Assembly: GCA_904063045.1 (NCBI GenBank)
Contig: CAJFCJ010000020.1
Coordinates: 1,046,916 to 1,110,915, forward strand
Direction: 5' to 3'
Length of the DNA stretch: 64,000 nt
DNA from: Dimorphilus gyrociliatus
Lineage: Eukaryota; Animalia; Annelida
In this document: in pieces, positions 54,145-64,000 of the stretch
Layout: each line of letters begins with the position of its first letter
Numbering within the stretch: position 1 is the stretch's first letter
Position numbers and translations under genes: made by a program
Notes under the pieces: model-generated
The model's database searches: none
Seen by the model: the letters and a program-made list of their open reading frames with translations, nothing else
Told to the model about the DNA's origin: nothing

Positions 54145-54413
54145 TTTTGCTGTTAAAGTAAAAAGAAACTTTAGAATATTCAAGCACGTGGAACTTAAAA
54201 AGTCGAATAAAAATTTCATTCGTTTAGTAACTTTATACGAATTGAATTTGTTAGGTTATTACCTTGAGTTAATTTTATTATTTGACGTTTAAATGTCAAA
54301 AAAGGCTCTCTTTCAACAAGTGACGGAGTTGTATCTTGAACAACACGAGATTCGAGAATGCACGCTCTCGGAAAATGCCGGCTATTTCTCATGATATTAA
54401 TACGCTGAGAGAA

Positions 54414-54428
54414 TTTCTAGAATTTTCT
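54414..54428. promoter_or_regulatory. Heat-shock element (three inverted nGAAn units) upstream of HSP90
   Basis: TTC-ta-GAA-tt-TTC at 54415-54427, plus a partial TTC-ga-GAA at 54351-54358. Confidence 0.7.
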
Positions 54429-55558
54429 ATCTTAAATGGCAGCTTTATAACAGTAATTAAATATGTTCAAATGTTTAAATATTTTTTTTATGCTTCTTTT
54501 TGAAATAAAATCTTGATTTTATCAAGATTTTGACTTAATAATATAAATTATTTGAAGAACTATTTGCGGATGACATTCCGTTATGTGTTATGTGTCACCA
54601 GTTTTCGCGACTATTCCATTTGGCGCCAATTTCAAATACCTAAAGTTTTTTTACAATTTAAGACATTTTGCTGTGTGCTATTCACCTAAAAGCACTACAT
54701 ACCTGTAATCCAGGACTTAATTAAACAATGATTATTTTTAAAAAAGGAAAAAACTACTTTTTAAAGATATTTACGGAATTAATTAGTGGTGTTTAATAAC
54801 TACGTAAGTAGGGTTGAAATGACTTTATAATTAACAAATACATACTTTATTTAGATAGACTATTACATAAATACATTAGACAAAAAATTGGAGTTTATTC
54901 ATTGTTCAAGAGTTATAGGGACCTTCATCTATAATACGCTAGCATTCGCCTACTTCTGTTTTGCCTCTTTCTTACAAGTAGTAATTGGTTTTAAATTGTA
55001 CATTGAAGCTATCTGTCGGTATTTCATTGAAAATATCTTTTCACTATAGCTTGTTTTTGAAAAAAAGATGAGATATTTGAAGTGGGCTGACCACGTGGTA
55101 AGTAAAATATTGTATGTAGCGAAGTTTTTGTTTGCAATAAAAAGATTTGGATATTTGCTTTATGCGTTTTATTTTAAATCTTGACATTATTGTTGGGGTC
55201 TATGGAAAAAAAACTACTTTTTTATCACGGTCTAAGGTTTTTGGATCACGTGACCATGAATATTCAATATCGTCTGCTTTTTTAAAAGAGGCTTTCACGA
55301 TGTTTTCTATACCAAGGGTCTTGCTAAAATATGACCTAGAATGTCGCAGTCCTAGAGAAATAGTTGAAAGAATCTTGTTATTGATAATATTATCTGAAAT
55401 TATTGAAGAAATAATGTGATAATACTTTTATCGAAAATATGTCATTACAAATTTGATCTTCTTGCTACAAAATTCTATTTCGTTGAAATAAATGCTAAAC
55501 TTTTGCCGAATAATCTCACTTCTTCCTTTATTGAGTTAAACCCATTAGAAGAAACGAA

Positions 55559-58500
55559 ATGGGCGAAGTTGTGAATGTAAGTTATATTTATCGATTTAGA
55601 TGGTTTTGTTAATTAAATCAATGGATACTAAACATAATAAAACTTCTTATAGAACAGTTTTACAACTTTAAAACTTGTTTTATGATTTATTTAAAGTAGA
55701 TCAGGGGTTTAAACTTTTTTGTTTGGGTGATAATCTGATAATTCATCCTCTTCTTGATTAATCATTTTTCTTCAACATGAATTTATATATCGAATGGTAT
55801 AGATTTGAAACATCAATTAGGATGCGTGAAAACTTTTATTACAACTCTATACAGTGTAACTTGATACATAGCATGCCTGCATACAAATTCTATTTTTAGA
55901 ATCCCTTCTGATATCTCTAAGAAAAGTTGCTTTGTTTCAGAAAGATGCTGTTCAAAGATGTGTTCAATTGAAAGAAGAGGGAAATGATCTATTCAAGAAA
56001 GAGCAGTTCGTATCTTTTTAAAAGTATATTGTAAGATCAATTGTTTTATTAAATCATATTTTAGATATAAGGAAGCTGTTAAACTGTATACAAAAGTGAT
56101 TGAAGATGAAAATGGAGTAGAACAGAAGTTAGCTTGTTTTAAGAACAGAGCTGCTTGCTATTTAAAATTAGATAAATATGAGAAGGCTGTAAAAGATTGC
56201 AATGAAGGTATAACACGATCATCTATTTACTTGTATTAAAATCTTTCTTTCTCTTTATTTTAGCTTTAAAACTCCAAGGTAATGACGCGAAAGCTCTATT
56301 TCGACGATGTCAATCATATCTAGCTTTAGAGAAATATGAAGACTCTTACAAGTAAAATAACAAAGTTATTTAATTAATCTCTTTTAAACTATTTGCAATT
56401 ATTTAGAGATGCTATGCTACTATTAAAAGTTGAACCAAAGAATTCAGCAATTCAGCCTATTCTCAGAAAGTTAAATCCAATCATTCAAAATAAGGTAAAA
56501 AAAAAACAATTGATATCAATCAACAGTATAAAACATTACAGGAACTATTTATCATTTTAGGTTGACGAACAATTATCAACTGATAATAAAATAAAACAAA
56601 TGCTAACTTTGGCTTTTTCAACACCCAAATCGGATGATTTGGAAAAGCAAAAACAAGCATTATCGAATTTAATTGTACTGAGCAGAGAAGATTCTACTGG
56701 AAGTGTACTATTGAGTTCAGGAATAGTTGAAAAATTGAAAAATCTTATTAATCAATCGACAGACGATGAAGTTAAATTAAGTTGTATACGTGTTTTAGCT
56801 TGTTTAGTAAAAGATTACCAGAAAAGGGTAAAAAACACAAATTAATTAATCTTGGATTTAGTTTTAGTGTTGGTTTTTTTATTTCTAGGCCGATGAAATC
56901 TTTAAATGCTTTACAGCTAAATTGTTAATTAATCTTATATCTCATAAAAATGAAGATATATCGACGGCAGCAGCATTTCTTACGCAAAAAATTATAACTT
57001 CTCTTATTGAATTAGAAAAATGGAGGCAAGAAAAGGAAGAACACGACAAGAAAAAACAAGAGAACCCTACAATTAAACCATTTGGCCATGTCTTTGAGAA
57101 ATTTGGTAATTATTCCAAACGTAAACTGCATTATATTTTATTAATAATATCGTTATATTAATAGATATAAATTACTTTGAAAAAGTTGAGGAAATTTTAT
57201 TGGGTTTAATGAACATGATAAATAATCACAAAATTCCAGCTGTATCACGGGACAATGTCTTAGAGTTGTTTTCAAAAATTATAACTAGGAAGGATAACTG
57301 CTTAGGGTGGACCAGAAAGTTTATGGAATTGGATGGTTTACAAAAATTGCTTGAAATTAGTGGTAGTATTCCAGACGAACCTATCGTACCATGTACAACC
57401 AACACAAGAATGCATACAACTCTTCTAATGAGCAAAATTTATGATGATCTGTGGGGAGAAAGCGAATTTGATATGTACAAGAAAATTGCTGATGATTATT
57501 TCACGTTAGTTATTGATTAACATTACTATTTTATTCAAAGGACTAGTTGAGAGGAAGATTATTAGTAGGATTATATAAAATTTTCATCTTAAACATAAAA
57601 GGGAACATAGTATTATGTAACCTGAATATATTTTGAGTAAAGATCTCAAATTTCAATCTTATTAACAGAGATATGTTTGGTGATGAAATCATGGAATCAA
57701 AATTGCAAGCGTTACTTACTCTTGCTGCTCTTTTACAAGTAAGCATAATAGTATACAGTGTATTTTAGTTGCAATAATGCGAATTGTACTTTTAAGGGTC
57801 CATACGAAGTGGGAAATCATATATTAGGTAGAAAAGGAGTAATTGAATTGATTTTAGCTCTTGCGGATTCATCTGAGACAAAGTGCATCGTAAGTTTTAT
57901 ACTTTGAAGAGACAGAGTACCTATTTCATTATGAGTAACTCGATATATATTTTCTTATAGAAAGTTGCTGTTGAAGCTCTTGTTCATTCCGCTTCAAAGA
58001 AGGAGAGATGTAGTGGAGTTATTGAACAAGCTGCTCCAATTTTACGTAAATTATACGAACACAGAAATGAGAATATTCGCGTAAGAGCTCTTGTGGTAAG
58101 GAAATTTAGCTTTGGCATTAATTATTCAATAATTTTCCAAAACAATTGTCTAAATGTAATTAAAATTAATCATTTATTCCACCAATAGGGCCTGTGTAAA
58201 TTGTCTTCCTTTGGAGGATCTGATGCTAGCATTAAAGCTTTCAGTGATGGATCTCAATACGAATTCGCCGATGAATGTCGAGGGTAAAAATATTGGAAAG
58301 AAATAATTTGTAAATTATACGTTTCACTTTGTAAACTTCCTCAGATTTCTAAAAAATCCCAGCAAAGATGTTGACTTAAGGCGATGGGCTGCAGAGGGAT
58401 TAGCATTCTTATCTCTTAACGCTGATATTAAAGAGGATCTCATTGAAGATTCAGAGTGTATTCATTCTCTGATTTCCCTTGCCAGAGTGCAAGATAAATC

Positions 58501-59830
58501 TTCTATTTATCCAATATCTCAAGTTTTCACAAATTTGACAAATGCTTTTGATAAAAAAGAAATAGATAAGGAATTGATAGAATTGGCTAAATTTTCAAAG
58601 CAACATGTTCCAGAAGAACATGAAAAAGATGGTGCTAAATTTGTCTCAAATAGAATAAAGAAACTAGTTGAATTTGGAATAACAAATGCTCTAGTTTCTC
58701 TAAGTTCCACCGAAAGTCAAGCGACAAGAGAAGCAATAGCGCGAGTGTTCTTAGCGTGCACGGAGGATATCAAACATAGAGGATTAATAGTTCAACATGG
58801 CGGAGCAAAGGTCAATCCGATTTTCTTTTTCGTAACCATTGAAATTCTTAATATTTAAAAAAAGCAGGCTTTACTTAATCTCCACAAAGATAATACGAAG
58901 CAAGGGAAAGTGAAAGCCGCTCATTCCCTAGCAAAAATTGCTATAACTACTAACCCGGAAATTGCTTTTCCTGGTCAGAGAATGGTTGAAGTAGTTCGAC
59001 CATTAATATCTCTTCTCGGAATAGATAATACAGCATTAGAAAATTTTGAGGCCTTAATGGCACTAACTAATCTAGCGAGCATGAACGATGACAGTATTGT
59101 GTAAGTGACTGTATGACAGATTATTGAAACAGTTTATTTAAATTCATTTTTTTTGTATAGGAAGCGAATTGTATCTGAAAAAGGATTAACATATATTGAA
59201 CATTATGTCTACGAAGAACACGATATGTTAAGAAGAGCTGCCGTAGAATGCTTTTGCAATTTAGTTCAGTATGAAGACGTATGTATTCAACTGTAAATAA
59301 ATAAATAAGTTTATTTATTTAGACATTTTAATAGGTTGCGAAGATTTTTCTAGGAGAAAATGATAGAGTAAAGTTATTCCTTCTCTACTGTACCGAGGAG
59401 GATGAAGCGTTGGTTAGAGCAGCATCTGGTGCTCTAGCAGTGTTAACTTCTGAAGAGGAAATATGTAGGAGAGTTGTCTCGGTAAATATCAATATGTCTA
59501 TTTTTCACTTGGAAAATTTGCTTTTGTTAATTATATCTTGCTTTTCTATTGTAGTGTACAGAGCAGTGGATCGAAATTCTTGGGCTTCTTGCATCTCATC
59601 CTAAACCTGATATTCAACATAGAGGTCTATTTATTATTCAAAATCTAACGTCGTCTTCCAAAGAAACTTGCTCACGTGTAATTGAAAGCGTTTTATTCGA
59701 AGCCTTACAAGCAGTCTCTAGGATAGAGGAACCAGATAGAAAGAATTCAAAATTATGTGCAATGGAAGGATTAAAAAACGCCAGAAAATATGGATTAATT
59801 CAAGCTAATCCAGACTTGGACGAAGATTAA
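55559..59830 (+). CDS. UNC45: UNC-45 myosin chaperone (TPR + ARM/UCS), multi-exon
   Basis: QLKEEGNDLFKK..YKEAVKLY, NRAACYLKL, KALFRRCQSY, VRALVGLCKL, RRWAAEGLAFLS, KAAHSLAKIAITTNPEIAFPGQR, ENFEALMALTNLAS. Confidence 0.95.
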
Positions 59831-60031
59831 CTTTCTAATTGTCAACATTGTGTGCGATTTTATTTTTTAAAGTTTATAATAGCATTTTTATAATTGAAAA
59901 GTTTAACAGAATTTGACAAAAACTACATATAAGGTGTGCAAGGTGAGCCTCAAAGGATATGCATATTTATAGATAACTATTGTCTGAAAACATCTATCTA
60001 AAAATTGTCGGTTTTCCACTTGAAAATATCA

Positions 60032-60907
60032 TTAATCCAAGTACCAAATGCAATCATCTTGCTTGTCTGCAACACCTGTTAACTTTCCATTTCTGATGGC
60101 TAGATATTTCTTTCCGTAATTAGCAAATATTATTACGGCTCTTTCTCCGTTTGTACTAGTTTCATCAGCGATTAATTGCCATTCCTCTGCTCCGTAATGT
60201 TGTCCTTTCGTGTAAATGTAATTACCATTAGGATCATAGCCCAAATATCCATTACTACTGTAATTTTTATAGAAGTAAATAGGAGAGTTCTTCTCTTTTC
60301 TTTCTTCTATCCAAAAGCTCGTTGCCTCAGGACTATTACGCAAGGTCAGAGTGCTTCTGCTGCCCGAAGCTGCATGAACTTTTACTTCTCCACTTTCGGC
60401 CAAATACTTTCCTTGTAATTTATGCTTGAAAGCTCTTCCGGGTTTTACGGCTGGTGGAGCGCTTACAGCTTTTTGGGGTCTAGTCATTTTGGTAACATTT
60501 TCGCCTACTCTATGTACAATCTCTTTGGCAAGCGATTGTATTCTCTTCTCCATATTATTATTCTCTCTAAAATCTATCCATAGCAGGCCGGCAGTTATAA
60601 TGCCTAACCATCCAGTGGCTTTAAAACTTTTCTCAGCCATGACAGGAACAATTTCAATATCTTGTGAATCAGTATAATTTAGCTCTTTTTTACAGTTTTT
60701 TGATTCCGAGTACTGATGGGTCATGAAGCAGCAAACAGCTGCAGCATTATCCACACCATATGCCATACTTTCGTTTATGTTTCCCGTCATTCCACCTTTT
60801 ATATCCATCCATACTGATATACCTAATTTCTCTAATCCATTATAAATTATTTCAACCATAGGTTGAATTCCGTGCTGATAAGATAACATAACATGCTTAG
60901 ACTCCAT
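60032..60907 (-). CDS. Intronless TIR (TIR_2-type) domain protein with C-terminal beta-trefoil-like domain
   Basis: HVMLSYQH..VWMDIKGGM..MAYGVDNAAAVCCFMTHQYSESKNCKKEL..IVPV..GWLGII.AGLLWIDF. The C-terminus has three repeats of KYL/GYL...W typical of fascin/ricin-B-like trefoils. Confidence 0.8.
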   Translation of the reverse strand: MESKHVMLSYQHGIQPMVEIIYNGLEKLGISVWMDIKGGMTGNINESMAYGVDNAAAVCCFMTHQYSESKNCKKELNYTDSQDIEIVPVMAEKSFKATGWLGIITAGLLWIDFRENNNMEKRIQSLAKEIVHRVGENVTKMTRPQKAVSAPPAVKPGRAFKHKLQGKYLAESGEVKVHAASGSRSTLTLRNSPEATSFWIEERKEKNSPIYFYKNYSSNGYLGYDPNGNYIYTKGQHYGAEEWQLIADETSTNGERAVIIFANYGKKYLAIRNGKLTGVADKQDDCIWYLD

Positions 60908-61672
60908 TTCCAATTTTTGTTTGTTTTGTGATCAAGGAGACGCTATTGATTGAATATTTCCTGTTCGTATCGAAGGTGAAGGATCCCTCTTAAGTTGATG
61001 GCTCACTACCGGTATAAGAAATTTATAATCTTCTAAGACATGCTAGTTTGAAGGCAATATTATCAGAATATTTCAGCCATGCTTGACCAACGGAAGACAA
61101 AAAAATAGGTTATTTTCCAGGAAAATAATGCTATATATATTCTTATACAAAATAGCAAAACAAATAATAAAAGAGTTATATTTTGAAATATGCCATAACT
61201 TAAATATACGCTTCATACTGGGTATACTGAAAACAAAGTATACAGTGCATATATATATATACTGTTTATATACTGTATACTTGAAAATACGTCATAAACA
61301 AACTCATACAGAATATACATGAACTGTATTGTGTATTCTCAATACAATGTAAAGTATATACTGTTTAATTAGGTTTTTATATTTGTTTACGTTCTTACTA
61401 TCATAATTATCTAGTTTTACATGTAGCAAAGAACATGGCAACGTCAAAAAATTTGCAAATAAACCAGTAATTTTTTATAATTGAGAAATAGCCGACACCA
61501 ACTCCATCAAATTTGTATAAAACATAAATTCAAAATTTTCATTATCAGATTTAGTAGTATAGTTTTTGTTGTGTACTACATTCAATTATGAAACAGAAAG
61601 GTAATTGTCTTAAATCAGAATGAAAACATTGGGTGGCAGTTAACTGCATAGACAATACTGATAATCCATTTA

Positions 61673-62665
61673 TCATCGAAATTCGTAAATTGGAATGGAT
61701 CTTTCATCAACATAGTCTAATCGGAGTTCTTGAAACCTATAAAAATATTAAATTTTATTTTATAATATAATAATAATAATAAGGAAAAAAATCCTTACTG
61801 CTCTGAATTTGTATGAAAATAATAGCCTTCTATGTCTCCACTAGATTTTTCAAAGCATATATAATAAAATCCAGCAAACGATGCACCATTTATCTCGGTT
61901 ATTTTGTGATCAGGCACCAAAAAATGTTCTTTCCATCTCATAAAAATGTAATCACTTGATTTTAGGGCTTCGTAATCGAATTCATCCGAATTAAATGTCG
62001 TGCGGTAGGGTTGAAATGATTCAAATTTACTCTATAAGAAAGTAAAGCACTTGTATATAGAAGAACACAATAAGTCTTAGAATCAGTATTTATAAAGATT
62101 TTAATAATGATAGGGGAAAAACGTAATTCTCTAGAATTCATTATACGTTATTTATAACTAGTATCAAAGAACGTTTAAAAGCTCCGAAACGTGTAACATA
62201 AATCTATTATCGAACACACCCATATTAGGCATAAATACTCACCCAATGCTTTTTATCGGTATCCTCTTTCGCGTGCCAACGCCGAGTTAAAAAAGGAAAT
62301 TTCTCACTAATAATCTCACCATCAAAAAAAGTAGTTAAATTTGGAAATTCATCTGTTAAGCCTTTGATTTTCAAATAGCCACATACGTAATTTTGCTCTA
62401 AATCTACATACTGCAATTATATAAATAGGATTAAAATAACAATTTACAATTGTACGACAGTGATCTAGATATAGTTGAATTAATGGATACAAGAGTTGAA
62501 TACGAAAGAAGATCAAACCTGGATTGTAACTTCAACTTCGTACGTCGATCCTTTAGACGTCTGTGCACCGGAAAATTTTGCACCCGAATATAATCTCGTC
62601 GTTTGAACCCCCGGTTGCTTAGAGTTTGCCGGTAGTGGGGGAGTAATATTTAACAAACCAGGCAT
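61673..62665 (-). CDS. GID4: GID/CTLH complex substrate receptor GID4, 4 exons
   Basis: [25 protein letters not shown]|YVD...[26 protein letters not shown]...[33 protein letters not shown]. Confidence 0.93.
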
Positions 62666-62741
62666 AGTTTAGAAGTAAATTGACAATTCGAGTGCTATTC
62701 GCCAGAACAAGACATAAAGCGTTCTGTTTCCGAATAGGCAT

Positions 62742-62752
62742 TGCGCATGCGT
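62742..62752. promoter_or_regulatory. NRF1-like site upstream of GID4
   Basis: TGCGCATGCGT ~80 nt upstream of the GID4 ATG, in very AT-rich context. Confidence 0.45.
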
Positions 62753-62964
62753 AGTATAACAAAGTTGCATTCTGGGTAAAAGTTGAGAAATTTAAGTACT
62801 AACCAAACGCCTTAGCAGTTTAATTTTTCAATTAAAGTATTAACGAATTTTACAATGAAAATAGAAGCTATAGATAAGGACACTTTCTAATTCATAATTT
62901 CAAGTATTCATTCATTTATTTCGCTAAGATAGTGTAAATTTATTCAGATTCATATAAATATAAA

Positions 62965-64000
62965 TTTAAGTCATTCTATTTATCCTTTTCGAATTGGAAG
63001 TTTCACTATTAGTAGTTAAATAGACAAACAAAGCTGCTGCAGCCAATTTTGCTTCACTTGTATATGTTTCAACATTATGAAACCATTCGACATTCCCCCA
63101 CTTTTGTGTCTAATTACAAAGTAAAATTAAAATAATTAGTATCTTTTAAAAGAAATGAAAAATTAAATTTATTATAGAAAAACTGTTATAAATGATACCA
63201 TCTTGCGTTAAAAAATATAAAATTATCTACCTGATAATCCTGTTCTAATCTAGATAAACTGACTGCTGTTTCCACGCTTATTTTTTTATCCACTAAAGAA
63301 AGTGCTAAAATAAAAGACTTCAACGTCTCAATCACTTGTTGAAATCCTGCGGAAAAGATAATAAAAATAAACGTCTTATAATTATAACATCCTATGCTAT
63401 TTCTTTAATTATTAACCGAATAAAGCCAATTCATTATAAGAATTAAGGTGTTGAGTGAATATTTGTTTCGTTTCCTTTGAGATGTTCAACATACCAATAC
63501 CATATGTCAAACCAATGTCAACATTATATCTAGAAAAATCAGTAGCCTTTTTTATATTGTATCGGAAAAAAGGATTTTTTGCACAAGTTTACCTTTCATT
63601 TGCCCATTCTATTATAGGATTCCATTTTTCGTTTTGAAGTTTAACTAAATCTTCCGGTTCTTTCATTCTGTAGCTAAGGAATTGGTTCAGTTGATATTTA
63701 ATATTTAAAGAAATAAGCGAAAGCTAACCATATCGTATCAGTATCCAAAAACTCTAACATCCCATTGATCGTTGTCACTTTATCCCGATGAGTTGGATTA
63801 TCAATTGATATATTGCAGAGAGATGTCTATTTTTTAGAAAGAAAAATATTGCCCTGTGAATATCCTTTTCTATAAATATCAAAATATACTTAATATATGC
63901 ATATTGTATTTTTTGATAACATCTTCTTGTGATTCCCATTCATTAAGGACCGCCAAGGCTAAAGCTTCCGTTGGTACAATGAATAAATTTCCTCCAGGTG
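62965..64000 (-). CDS. ATPAF2: ATP synthase F1 assembly factor 2 (ATP12), 3' part; 5' end lies outside the window
   Basis: ALAVLNEWESQEDVIK, KWNPIIEWA, VETAVSLSRLEQDYQ|TQKWGNVEWFH...AAAALFV. Confidence 0.88.

Noticed and set aside
51825-54187. Several overlapping ORFs in the HSP90 locus
   Set aside because: Alternative-frame or antisense artefacts of a highly conserved gene
1-64000. Stop-codon reassignment or prokaryotic origin
   Set aside because: Conserved genes translate with the standard code once GT-AG introns are removed, and in-frame stops fall in introns

Overview
AT-rich eukaryotic (metazoan) genomic DNA with very short GT-AG introns (mostly ~50-100 nt) and tightly packed genes. 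The gene content and compaction fit a miniaturised lophotrochozoan genome, e.g. an annelid such as Dimorphilus; this is inference and was not verified. About 21 protein-coding genes can be assembled by hand: an intronless LRR-Ig-mucin-TM receptor, an NFAT5-like protein with only the Rel-homology DNA-binding domain, a small single-pass protein, a ~14-kb multi-exon giant thrombospondin-superfamily gene (LRR-FN3-fibro-slime/PA14-cadherin-F5/8C-EGF-TSP3-TSP_C-LamG), TYW4/LCMT2, CIAPIN1, PIH1D2, RPS12, a NOL4-like protein, MED10, RPL24, NDUFAF6, SDHAF3, GSTK1, CFAP96, a death-fold/SH2-like/tyrosine kinase, a BTB-BACK protein, HSP90, UNC-45, a TIR + beta-trefoil protein, GID4 and the 3' part of ATPAF2. 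No CRISPR array, rRNA, tRNA or intact transposon was seen. The most unusual items are the fibro-slime module inside the giant TSP, the intronless TIR-beta-trefoil gene, the RHD-only NFAT, the death-fold kinase with an Arg-less SH2, and the divergent HSP90/UNC-45 pair flanking a perfect heat-shock element. All domain calls come from motif recognition by eye; exon boundaries are manual and approximate.
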